A stretch of 64,000 nucleotides of DNA from Octopus vulgaris (lineage: Eukaryota): NCBI GenBank assembly GCA_951406725.2, contig OX597829.1:32922001-32986000 (forward strand), written 5' to 3'. Both the position numbers and the translations under genes were made by a program. The stretch's first letter is position 1. Every line of letters begins with the position of its first letter. The notes below the pieces were generated by a model. It was not told the DNA's origin, made no database searches, and saw only the letters and a program-made list of their open reading frames with translations. Below, piece after piece: positions 12,713-23,653 of the stretch.

Positions 12713-12882
12713 TGAAAAAAGAACAATGTCTCAGAGAAGCGGAAGTCGGCGGGCGCTTTCGTCTTCTCCCATCACCATCTTCATTCCATCACCATCATTC
12801 ATTAATGTCTATGTCCAGCCCGTAGCTACTATCTGTGTACTGCCCTTGTGGCAAATTAAATAAAATAAAGTAGCTTCTTACC

Positions 12883-14909
12883 AGACAGACGTGTTTTTTT
12901 GGCTGCTCCAAATGTCACGTGTTGCTACGTGAATAATTGAACTTTTGTTGAACTTTTTGACTTGACAGGTAGGTGTTTTATATTTTTAGGAGCTTAGTGA
13001 GGTTTATTGCTTGCTTTTAATGTTTTTAGCATTTAATGTTATTTAGCATTAAAATTTTTTAGTAGGTAATAGACTTCACTTTGCTCCAGGTATTTTTTCC
13101 TGCCTGTTGTCGGGTATAAAGACTCACTTTGCGGTGAGAATTGTGTTTTTTGAGGAGGCGTAGCCCCTCCTCAAAAATTAATTCAAATTGGATTTACCAA
13201 GAAGCACCAAGGATATTCAAGGACTGTTTTTTTGGATATACCAAGAAGCACCAAGAGTAACCAAAGATTGTTTCGACGCTTGGCCAGGAGTACCTTTTTG
13301 GCCAAAAAATTAATTCCTTTGCCAAATTTGAACTCTCTTCCTTCCAGCTATCTTTTATTTAAAAAAGAACTCTTTTTGAACTGTCGATTTTATTGTAATT
13401 CTTCTCTTCTGTTGTGTTTTCTCTTCTCACTCTTTCTATCGCATTTATTTTTACACCTGTTGAACTTTTATTGAATTCCGTTACAAAATGGCAGAGGAAC
13501 TAGAACCTCCCAAAAAATACTTGAAGCAGCTGGAGGACAAGACCGTGGTGTTGAGGACTTATTCAAAGTCGCTCAACACCATCGCTGTTTTTCCGAAGGC
13601 AACTATCATTAACGAGCTGGCAGACTATATGCCAGCCGTTAAATACATTGCACAGGGAGTAAAATACGCAACGGTTTGGTTGCTGTTTGACTCCCCTAAA
13701 GCAGCTTGCGACTTTGCAAGCAAGCCCATTGAGGGCAAGGAGATTTTGTTTCTCCCTAACTACAAGGGTGAAAAATTGCTGAGAGCGTGGATCTGCGGCC
13801 TACCACCTGGCATTGAACCCGAGTGGATAGAGGACTCTATCCGCTGGGGTCTGGGTGGTAGCAGCGCCAAGCTCCTAAATGTGAAAATACAGCCTGCGGC
13901 TGATTGGGAGGGGTCAAAAGCCACTTTGACCCTATGGACCCAATCAGCCAAAAGTCTGGTCTTGCCGGACTTTCTGAGGATCGCCGGGTACAGGTATCCG
14001 GTGTTGCTTGAGGGACGCCCCCCCCCCCCAAGTATCACCTGTGTCTGGAGACCGGTCACATTAAGAAGAACTGCCCCAGGGACCAGAGTAGGATCCTGGA
14101 GCAGTTGATATCGGAGCCTCTCCCTGCCCCCCCATTGGAGGGAGAGAAACAGAATGAGGAAGCAAAGACTTCCTCCAAAAGAAAAAGAAAGGTGGGGAGC
14201 AATGGCGACCCACCAAAAGACCTGGAAACTGCGGGAGAAGAGAACCCGGTGTGTGCAACTCCAGAACCTCAACCTCCCGTGGCCCAAGGCAAAAAGAAGA
14301 AAAAAAAAAGAGAAACGGAACGCCGTAGGCGGATTGTGATACGCAGACGGCGTCTCCCGGGTCTTCTCAGGCAGGTGTGCCGCCTGAGGGACAATTTGTG
14401 GAAAAATTTGTGCTCCTCTTTTTCAAAGGAGGAGCGGTGGAAGATACAGTGCGTAAAATGAAAAAGAGAGGCCATTGGGAGGGACTTCAGTCCTGCACGG
14501 AGGACCCCGAGTGGCCTTCGCAGCTGGCTGCGGAGGTCATAGGGAGGGGTAATCTAGGCAGGATCGTGGGTTCCTTCCCGATGGACTCATTCCAAATTAT
14601 ACCTTTGGACCACTGCCTGACCAGTGATTATTGCCTCAGTGAGGCAAGAGCGATGGTCGGCCAGGTTACATAGGCCCATTGAACATTTTTTATTATACTG
14701 AAAAAGAGGTTTATTGCCTCTTTTAAAATTTGTAATAATTTATTGAATTTTTTTGTCAAATTTTGAACAATGTCTTAGAGAAGCGAAAGTCGGCGGGCGC
14801 TTTCGTCTTCTCCCATCACCATCTTCATCCATCACCATCATTCATTAATGTTTTTTGTCCAGCCCGCAGCTACTCTGTATACTGCCCTAGTGGCAAATTT
14901 TATGAAATA
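12883..14909 (+). mobile_element. ORF1-only retroposon, unit B
   Basis: Homologous to unit A throughout; ORF 13488-14673 frameshifted; followed by target copy aagtagcttgctaacc at 14910-14925. Confidence 0.85.
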
Positions 14910-14925
14910 AAGTAGCTTGCTAACC

Positions 14926-15324
14926 ATCGACGTGTTCGGACGTGTTTTTTGGCAGCTGCCAGCTGTCACGTCTTTCGACATGAAATGTTGAATTTTTGAA
15001 ACTCGACTACAGGTAGGCATTTGTTGAATTTTATTTAGGGGCTTAGTGAAGTTTATTGCTTTGCATTTAATAATTTTTAGCAAGTAATAGACTTCACTTT
15101 GCTCCGGACATTTTTCCTGTCTGTGGTCGAGTGTAAAGACTCACTTTGCAGTGAGAATTGTGTTTTTGAAGAGGCGTAGTCCCTCTGCAAAAATTAATGT
15201 GTTTTGAAATTGTCTTTGTGTTTTCCACTGGATTTACCTCGGAGTACCAAGGATTCTTTTTGCAAGTTGTTTTACCAGCTGGACATTTGGCCTGGAGTAC
15301 CTTTTTTTGGCCGAAAAAAGAGAA
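14926..15324 (+). mobile_element. ORF1-only retroposon, unit C (5' UTR only, ends at an internal A-rich tract)
   Basis: Matches the first ~400 nt of units A and D; followed by degenerate target aagtagctccctaact. Confidence 0.75.
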
Positions 15325-15340
15325 AAGTAGCTCCCTAACT

Positions 15341-17457
15341 GTCGCCAAAGTCGCACGTGTTTTTTTTGGCGGGGAGTTGTTGCTGTTTTAATGTCACGTC
15401 GTTCGTCATGAAATATTGAATTTTGAGGCTCGACTACAGGTAGGCATTTGTTTTATATTTTTGAGGGCTTAGTGGAGTTTTTGCTCTGTATTTAATATTT
15501 TTCAGTGAGTAATAGACTCCACTCTGCTCCGGACATTTTCCTGCCTGTAGCCGCCTTTACAGACTCACTTTGCAGTGAGAATTGTGTTTTTGGAAGAGGT
15601 GTAGTCCCTCTGCAAAAATTAATGTGCTTTGAAATTGTCGTTGTGTTTTCCACTGGCTTTACCACGGAGTACCAAGGATTCTTTTTGCAAGTTGTTTTAC
15701 CAGCTGGACATTTGGCCTGGAGTACCTTTTTTTGGGCCGAAAAAAGAAAAAAGAAAAAAAAAATTAATTCCTTTGTCTGGATTTGAACTCTCTTCTTCGA
15801 GCTATCATTTATTTTTAAAAAAAGAACTTTTTTGAACTGCTATTTCTAATTTTGTTCCTTCTCTTCTGTTGTGTTTTTCATTCTCCTTTTGGTGTCTTAC
15901 TTTATTTTATTACATTTTGAACTGTTATTGAACTTTATGTTAACATGGCAAAGGAATTTACTGTGTGGGAATTGACACCTCCCAATAAGTATTTAAAAGA
16001 GCTGGAGGAGAAGACCGTGGTTTTGAGGACTTATTCGAAGTCGCTCGACACCATAGCAGTCTTCCCAAAGGCTACCATACTGAACGAGCTGGCGGATTAC
16101 ATGCCAGCCGTTAAATTTATCGCATGGGGAGTGAAATACACAACAGTTTGGTTGCTATTTGACTCCCCAAAAGAAGCTTGCGATTTTGCAAGCCAGCCCA
16201 TTGAGGGCAAACAAATATTGTTTCTCCCAAATTACAAGGGGGAAAAATTATTGAGAGCCTGGATCTGCGGCTTACCACCCGGCGTTGAACCCGAGTGGAT
16301 AGAGGATTCTATCCGCCGGGGTCTGGACGGTAGCAGTTCCAAGCTGCTGAATGTAAAAGTACTGCCTGTGGCTGATTGGGAGGGGGCGAAAGCGGTGTTG
16401 ACCCTGTGGACCCAATCAGCCAAAAGTCTGGTTTTTCTGGATTTCTTGAGGATGGCCGGGTCCAAGTATCCGGTGATGCTTGAGGACGCCCCGCCAAGTG
16501 TCACCTGTGCCTGGAGCCTGGACATATCAAGAGGAACTGTCCCAGGGGCCGTGGTGGTGCCCCGGAGCATGAAAAGGAAAAGGTGCCCGATGCCCCCTCA
16601 TTGGAGGGGGAGACGGAAGTGGTGGAGGAAGTTGCCTCCACGAAAAGAAAAAGACAGGTGAGCAACAATGGTTGCTCACCAAAGAATGTACAGACGGAGG
16701 AGGAGGATAGCGACCCCCCGCGTCTGCCGACAGAGCCCCCCGGGCTAGCATCCTCTGAAAAAGAGGAAAAAGAGAAAAAGAGGTCGGACGGCTGATGTTT
16801 CTGGGTCGCTGACGGAGCCGCGGGTGGGACGTGTGCCACCCGCAGACAGGGCTCCGTCAGTGGGAAGTGTGCCACTGACGGATCAGTGTGAGGTCCCTTC
16901 CTATGAAGAGGAGTTGTTTATCCTCCTTTACCACAAGGGAAGAAAGGTGGAAAAATTTTTTAATGGCTTGGGTGACCGAGAACGTATGGCCAAGGTCGGC
17001 TCAAGTAGTCCGTTATGGCCTCAGCAGGTGGCTGCGGAGGTAGTAACAGAAAACATGTTATCAAGGGTCGCAGCGACCTTTGACAGGAAAGAATTTACTT
17101 TTCTCTTTGCAGGCCTCGACTTGTCGTCGCAGAGTTGTCTGCAGGCGGCAAGTCACTTTGCTTCGGGGACCTGACAGGGAGAATTGTTGTGAATTTATGT
17201 GCCGCCCTTGTGGCAAATTAAATGAAAGAAAGAGGTTAATTGCCTCATGTGAAATTTGTAAAAGTTTGAAATTTTTGAAAACAAGATTTTTGAACTTATT
17301 GAAAAAAAGAACATTGTCTTAGAGAAGCGGGGGTCGGCGGGCACTTTCGTCTTCTCCCATCACCATCTTCATTCCATCACCATCATTCATTAATGTCTAT
17401 ATCCAGCCCGCGAAGCTACTCTCTGTGTACTGCCCTTGTGGCAAATTAAATAAAATT
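15341..17457 (+). mobile_element. ORF1-only retroposon, unit D
   Basis: ORF 15945-17174 frameshifted; knuckle CHLCLEPGHIKRNC at ~16499; divergent C-terminal half; conserved 3' end. Confidence 0.85.
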
Positions 17458-17842
17458 AAGTAGCTTGCTAACCAACCACATGGTTCCGGGTTCAGTCCCA
17501 CTGCGTGGCATCTTGGGCAAGTGCGTTCTGCTATAGCCCCGGGCCGACCAATGCCTTGTGAGTGGATTTGGTAGACGGAAACTGAAAGAAGCCTGTCGTA
17601 TATATGTATATATATGTATATGCGTGTGTGTGTTTGTGTGTCTGTGTTTGTCCCCCTAGCATTGCTTGACAACCAATGCTGGTATGTTTACGTCCCCGTC
17701 ACTTAGCGGTTCGGCAAAAGAGACAGATAGAATAAATACTGGGCTTACAAAGAATAAGTTCCGGGGTCGATTTGCTCGACTAAAGGCGGTGCTCCAGCAT
17801 GGCCGCAGTCAAATGACTGAAACAAGTAAAAGAGTAAAAGAG
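17458..17842 (+). mobile_element. Body of tRNA-derived SINE (B-box half, internal (TG)n, AAAAGAGT tail)
   Basis: ggttcagtccc B-box-like motif; homologous copy at 37332-37705. Confidence 0.85.
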
Positions 17843-18405
17843 TATATATGTATATATAATATCAATATATATAAATATATATATATACAATATTGATATA
17901 TATAAATATATATATATACAATATTGATATATATAAATATATATATATAATATTGATATATATAAATAATTTTCCCTCACGGGCTATTCTTTACTGGAAA
18001 GGCAATACTCTCGTATTGCATTACTAATTTTATTGAAACTTCTTCACCGTTCTCGTTCTGTTAGCGTTTTGGCGTTTCAGTCGAGTGTATTGGCATTAAT
18101 GTGGTAACATCTGAAATGTTGTCGTGGTATATGTTTGGCTGATGAAGATAGATCAAGTATATGTGTGCAGGCATATCTTGAAAAATCTGAAACTGGCTCC
18201 GGTCCCACATTATCCTTTTCTAGGTATTTCATCTTTCAGATGTTCTCCCTGGAGGTAAGACAATTTTTTTCAAGTTTCTTGCACTCACGCATTTTTGCTA
18301 GTACATACGCGGTGAAGCTATACATTAGCGTCGTATTATTATGTTCGCTATTTCCAGTAAATATCGGTACTTCGATGTGCCATATATTTACTTATATATA
18401 TTATA

Positions 18406-18454
<49 letters not shown>

Positions 18455-18457
<3 letters not shown>

Positions 18458-19135
18458 GCTGTTACAACATTTATTCATACGTTGCCACTGTTAAATGTCT
18501 CAAGTTGAAATAACTTGATTTGTCTTTCCTATCTCTCTCTCTACGAAATTTAACCTTTTTAGGCTACCTTCAAGCATTAACCCCATCTTTCCGCCATAAC
18601 TTGATTTGTCTTTCCTATCTCTCTCTCTACGAAATTTAACCTTTTTAGGCTACCTTCAAGCATTAACCCCATCTTTCCGCCATAACTTGATTTGGCTTTC
18701 CTATCTCTCTCTCTACGAAATTTAACCTTTTAGGCTACCTTCAAGCCTTAATCCCATCTTTCTCCATCTTTCCGCCATCGGCGGTCTTTCCTCCTCTTCT
18801 TCTTCTTCTTCTTCTTCTTCTTCTGCTCAAACTTGAAAAATTGCCATTACAATTTACAATTCCCAATTCAACTTCCTTTCTTCTTCAACTCAACTTCCGG
18901 TCGATACCCACAGCAAGTTTTTAAAAATTTATCTTATTATTTTTATTTTTCCATACATAGCACGGCATACATTCATTCGCTGTTACAACATTTATTCATA
19001 CATTGCCACTGTTAAATGTCTCAAGTTGAAATAACTTGATTTGGCTTTCCTATCTCTCTCTCTACGAAATTTAACCTTTTAGGCTACCTTCAAGCCTTAA
19101 TCCCATTTTTCCCCATCTTTCCGCCATCGGCGGTG
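18455..19135 (+). repeat. Tandem and segmental repeats (~86-bp units) upstream of the RTE 5' UTR
   Basis: ataacttgatttgtctttcctatctctctctctacgaaatttaacctttttaggctacc x3 plus a further copy; related to 62091-63248. Confidence 0.85.
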
Positions 19136-22100
19136 CGCCCCGCCCCACCACCCCTTCCTACCCCTTCTCCTCATATGCTTTCACTGTGAAAAGACAAGCT
19201 GCTAGCACCACAGCTCATCAACTGCCCACTGATCTTACGCTTCCTCCTGACACTGCCTCAATCCGACTATCTCCTTCCAGTCCCCTCCGTAATATCCTAC
19301 GTTTTTATTTCTTACGAACCTACACCAACCCTTCCTGCCATCGTTCCTCCTTACCCCAACCTTCCCCACTGGTGCTCCCCTATATTGACCGCACCCCCTC
19401 TACTATCTCTCCCTCTCTTTTCACTGGTGAAACCTTTCTCAGCTGGACCCCCCCAACTCAACTCTAGAATATCTGTATTTTTCCTCCTTACTACGCTACC
19501 TAATTACGTTACTCAGTGACGATAACGAATGTCCACTGCTAACACCAGCTCCTGTCCACGGCGTGGATAGGTCGGAAGAGAGATAAAAAGAAAAATGCCA
19601 CGAAAACTATCACCACCACAACAACCCTCCTCTTCTCAGGCGCTGAATTCCCCCTCCCCCCACATCTCCTTCCCAGTTTTCAGAGTTGGCACTATCAATG
19701 TTGGTACATTGACAGGCAAGTCTAGTGAGATTGTAGAGATGCTAGAGAGAAGACAGGTTGATGTATGCTGCATACAAGAGGTAAGATGGAGAGGTGCTTC
19801 GGCTAGGGTCCTCACGGGCAAGGCACTTAGGTACAAACTCTTCTGGCAAGGTAACGTGGAAGGTGTAGGGGGTGTAGGCATTCTCCTTGCGGAGAAATGG
19901 GTGGATGAGGTCATAGAGGTTGTCAGGGTTTGCGATAGAGTGCTTAAGCTCAGGTTGGTCCTACAGAGTGGCACAGCTATGATTATCTCCGCCTATGCCC
20001 CACAAGCGGGACTACCAAATGATCAGAAGGACAACTTTTATGATACCCTTCTGCAGGCTACTTCAAAGACTAGTAGCAAGGACCTCATCTTTGTAGGTGG
20101 AGATTTTAATGGGCATGTTGGGCGGGAATCGGGTATCTTCACTGGGGTACATGGTGGCTATGGTATTGGCACCAGAAATGATGAGGGAACTAGACTGCTG
20201 GAATTCTGTGATGCATGTAACCTTTCAATCTGCAACACTAACTTCAAGAAGCCAATCTGCCACCTTATAACTTATCAGTCAGGAGACTCCGCTAGCCAAA
20301 TAGACTTCATCCTCACCAGACAGCGGGATGCAGGGTTGCTCTTGAATACAAAGACCCTCCCGGGTGAAGAATGTATCCCTCAGCATAGACTAATCATCAG
20401 TGACTTTAAGCTTGAGGCCAGAAGGACTCCAAGAAACAAACCAATCCAGAAAAGAAGGATTTGGAGGCTAAAGAACCCTTCACATGGTCAGAAATTTAGG
20501 AACATACTCATCAAGAAATTTGATGAGAGGGAGGAGGAGCTTCAGACGTCAGACATAGAAGGTAGCTGGGAATTCCTACGGGACAGCTTGCTGAGTGCCA
20601 CAGACCGAGTCTGTGGATGGTGCAAAGTCCCTTCCAGACCTAGAATTACGTGGTGGTGGAATAGTGCAGTAGATAAAGCCATCTGTAAAAAGAGACGGGC
20701 CTGGAAAGCCTGGAAGGATGGGGGCAGCAGGGAACTGTACCAGATAGCCAAAAGGGAGGCTGAGCGGCAGGTATACATAGCCAAAGATGTAGCAGAAAAG
20801 AAGAAGTTTGCCAATGTCCAGCGACGCGAGGATCAAAGAGCTGAAGTATTTCGGATTGCCAGACAGTGTGTCAGAGAAAATAGTGATGTTATAGGAGAGA
20901 AATGTGTCCGCATGGATGATGGGGCACTTGCTTTTACTGCTAGTGAAAAGAAAGAGGCTTGGAGAAGCCATTATGAAAGACTGCTGAATGAGGAGAATGA
21001 ATGGGAGGAGGAGAGCCTGCCAAATGTTGACCCAGTAGAGGGACCAGCTACCCGAATAGACAGCTCCCTTGTAGATAAGGCAATTAAGGATATGAAACCA
21101 GGCAAAGCCCCTGGCCTATCAGGAATCACTGCTGAGATGCTTAAAACAGCTGGCTATGTGGGCTATACCATAGTCACCCGCATTGTAAACCAGGTAGTTC
21201 ACAATGGAGCCATACCCAATGACTGGTGCAGCAGCACCATAGTCAACTGCTACAAGGGTAAGGGTGATGCTCTAGATAGAAATAACTACAGAGGTATCAA
21301 ACTGTTGGACCAGGTGATGAAGGTCTCAGAGAAGGTCATAACCCATCTCATTAGGGAGAGAATTTGTTTAGATGAAATGCAGTTCGGTTTTGTGCCAGGT
21401 AGAAGCACCACTGATGCTATATTCCTGGTCCGACAACTGCAGGAGAAGTACCTAGCTAAAGATAAACCCCTCTACATAGCTTTTGTAGACTTGGAGAAAG
21501 CCTTTGACAGGGTTCCCCGTTCCCTTATCTGGTGGTCGATGCGGAAACTGGAGATTGAAGAATGGCTAATAAGGGCTGTACAGGCTCTCAGCAAGGTTAG
21601 GATTGGCAACGAATATAGTGAAGAATTCCGGGTAGAAGTAGGTGTGCACCAGGGCTCAGCCCTCAGTCCCCTTTTATTCATCATAGTCCTTCAGGCAATA
21701 ACAGAGGAATTCAAAACGGGATGCCCCTGGGAGCTCCTCTATGCCGATGACCTAGCTCTCATAGCAGAATCACTACCGGAACTAGAAGAGAAATTTCGGG
21801 TGTGGAAGCAAGGGTTGGAATCAAAGGGCCTTAGAATAAATGTAGCAAAGACCAAAGTATTAGTAAGCAGCAAGAGGTACTCAGCACACACCCCCTCGGG
21901 TAGGTGGCCCTGCTCAATCTGTAGGAAAGGTACAGGTAGAAACTCCATAAGATGCACCCAATGTAAGTTATGGACACATAAGAGGTGCAGCAACATTAAA
22001 GGGAAATTAACAGATAAGATAGCTTTCATGTGCGGCAGATGCACAGGGACAATAGACACAACAGACACTCAGAAAACAGATTCCATCACACTCCAGGGAG

Positions 22101-23022
22101 AGAAACTAGAAGTAGTTGATAGTTTCCGCTACCTGGGTGACCAAGTTAGTAGCGGAGGTGGATGCACAGAGAGTATCACCACTAGAATACGAATAGCCTG
22201 GGCAAAGTTCAGAAAGCTCCTACCCCTACTGGCAACAAAAGGTCTCTCCCTCAGAGCGAAAGGTAGATTGTATGATGCATGTGTGCGAACTGCCATGCTT
22301 CACGGTAATGAAACATGGGCTGTGACTACAGAGGACATGCGTAGACTTGAAAGAAATGAAGCTAGCATGATCCGCTGGATGTGTAGTGTCAGTGTGCACG
22401 CAAGACAGAGTGTAAGCATCCTAAGAGAAATGCTGGATATAAGAAGCATCAGATGTGGTGTGCAAGAGCGACGTTTGCGATGGTATGGTCATGTGCTGCG
22501 GATGGATGAAGAGAGATGTGTGAAGAAGTGCCACTCCCAAACAGTTGAAGGTATCAGGGGGAGAGGTAGACCCAGGAAGACATGGGATGAGGTAGTCAAG
22601 CATGACCTCAGAGCATTGGGCCTCACTGAGGCAATGGCGAAGGACCGAGATCTCTGGAGATATGCTGTGACTGCAAAGACCCGGGCTGCTTTCTGCAGCA
22701 ATTCCACATACCCCCTACCCATTCAAAGTACCCCGGATCCCCAAAGTACCCCGGACCCAGTTGCCCCCGTGCCGCTGGCACGTTAAAAGCTCGGACCGAT
22801 CGTGACCAATGCCGGACCCCCCGGCCCCTGTGCCGGTGACACGTAAAAAGCACCCAAACCACTCACGGAGTGGTTGGCGTTAGGAAGGGCATCCAGCCGT
22901 AGAAACTCTGCCAAATCAGACTGGAGCCTGGAGCGGCCCCTGGCTTCCCAGACCCCGGTCAAACCGTCCAACCCGTGCTAGCGCGGAAAACGGACGTTAA
23001 ACGATGATGATGATGATGATGA
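19130..23022 (+). mobile_element. Full-length RTE LINE with pyrimidine-rich 5' UTR, 3' UTR and (GAT)n tail
   Basis: 5' UTR shared with the copy at 63245-64000; 3' tail shared with short elements at 10495, 55325 and 57395. Confidence 0.9.
19595..22786 (+). CDS. RTE-clade LINE ORF: APE endonuclease, reverse transcriptase and PHD-like Cys/His insert; uninterrupted 1063 aa
   Basis: GTINVGTL, CIQEVRW, GGDFNGHVG, QIDFIL, FVDLEKAFDRV, GVHQGSALSP, LYADDL; CSIC..CTQC..HKRC..CGRC insert. Confidence 0.95.
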   Translation: MPRKLSPPQQPSSSQALNSPSPHISFPVFRVGTINVGTLTGKSSEIVEMLERRQVDVCCIQEVRWRGASARVLTGKALRYKLFWQGNVEGVGGVGILLAEKWVDEVIEVVRVCDRVLKLRLVLQSGTAMIISAYAPQAGLPNDQKDNFYDTLLQATSKTSSKDLIFVGGDFNGHVGRESGIFTGVHGGYGIGTRNDEGTRLLEFCDACNLSICNTNFKKPICHLITYQSGDSASQIDFILTRQRDAGLLLNTKTLPGEECIPQHRLIISDFKLEARRTPRNKPIQKRRIWRLKNPSHGQKFRNILIKKFDEREEELQTSDIEGSWEFLRDSLLSATDRVCGWCKVPSRPRITWWWNSAVDKAICKKRRAWKAWKDGGSRELYQIAKREAERQVYIAKDVAEKKKFANVQRREDQRAEVFRIARQCVRENSDVIGEKCVRMDDGALAFTASEKKEAWRSHYERLLNEENEWEEESLPNVDPVEGPATRIDSSLVDKAIKDMKPGKAPGLSGITAEMLKTAGYVGYTIVTRIVNQVVHNGAIPNDWCSSTIVNCYKGKGDALDRNNYRGIKLLDQVMKVSEKVITHLIRERICLDEMQFGFVPGRSTTDAIFLVRQLQEKYLAKDKPLYIAFVDLEKAFDRVPRSLIWWSMRKLEIEEWLIRAVQALSKVRIGNEYSEEFRVEVGVHQGSALSPLLFIIVLQAITEEFKTGCPWELLYADDLALIAESLPELEEKFRVWKQGLESKGLRINVAKTKVLVSSKRYSAHTPSGRWPCSICRKGTGRNSIRCTQCKLWTHKRCSNIKGKLTDKIAFMCGRCTGTIDTTDTQKTDSITLQGEKLEVVDSFRYLGDQVSSGGGCTESITTRIRIAWAKFRKLLPLLATKGLSLRAKGRLYDACVRTAMLHGNETWAVTTEDMRRLERNEASMIRWMCSVSVHARQSVSILREMLDIRSIRCGVQERRLRWYGHVLRMDEERCVKKCHSQTVEGIRGRGRPRKTWDEVVKHDLRALGLTEAMAKDRDLWRYAVTAKTRAAFCSNSTYPLPIQSTPDPQSTPDPVAPVPLAR

Positions 23023-23385
23023 TATATAAATATATTATATATATATAAATATATTGATATATATATAAATATATTGATATATATAAATATATTATATATA
23101 TAAATATTGATATATATAAATATATTATATATATAAATATTGATATATATAAATATTGATGTATATAAATATATTGATATATATAAATATATATAATATT
23201 GATATATATAGATATATTATACATGTATATATAATATTCATATATGTATATAATATAGAGAAAAACCTCTATTAAACAATTCAATAAAGAAAGATGTTAT
23301 TCACACCATATAGAAAATATATACTATGAAAAAAACCTTATTCTAAAAATCAATAAAGTACAATAAATAGTAAATAATAGTAAAA

Positions 23386-23502
23386 AGACTATGTGCGTTT
23401 CATGGCAATATTTTCAAATAGATAATAATAAAATCAATTCGATTTAAAATCAAATCGAACTAAAATTTATTCTATTTGAAAATATAGTTACTCAGCAGGT
23501 CT
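23386..23502 (-). ncRNA. Hammerhead-like motif with ~90-nt stem II hairpin (one core mismatch)
   Basis: Minus strand agac-CTGCTGA-long AT hairpin-GAAA-cgcaca-TA-gtct. Confidence 0.6.
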
Positions 23503-23653
23503 AAGATAATAAATAATAAAAAATGATAATAAAAGTACTTATATATGTGTGTGTGCTTTACCAGTAAGCTACCAGGTGTAAACCATTCGTTTTCTTATCC
23601 ATTAACCACTTTCCGATTTCTAGGAAGAAGATGCTTTACGGTAGCGTACCAAG

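Larger units (their letters stand above)
10762..12867 (+). mobile_element. ORF1-only retroposon, unit A (~2.1 kb)
   Basis: ~600-nt 5' UTR, one gag/ORF1-like ORF, conserved hairpin 3' UTR, A-rich end, bounded by target copies. Confidence 0.85.

Noticed and set aside
10746-17473. Tandem host gene family or LTR element
   Set aside because: No introns in the ORF and no LTRs; junction repeats derive from the interrupted SINE, and a 5'-truncated copy with TSD exists
17970-18390. Possible coding fragment
   Set aside because: No recognisable motif in any frame
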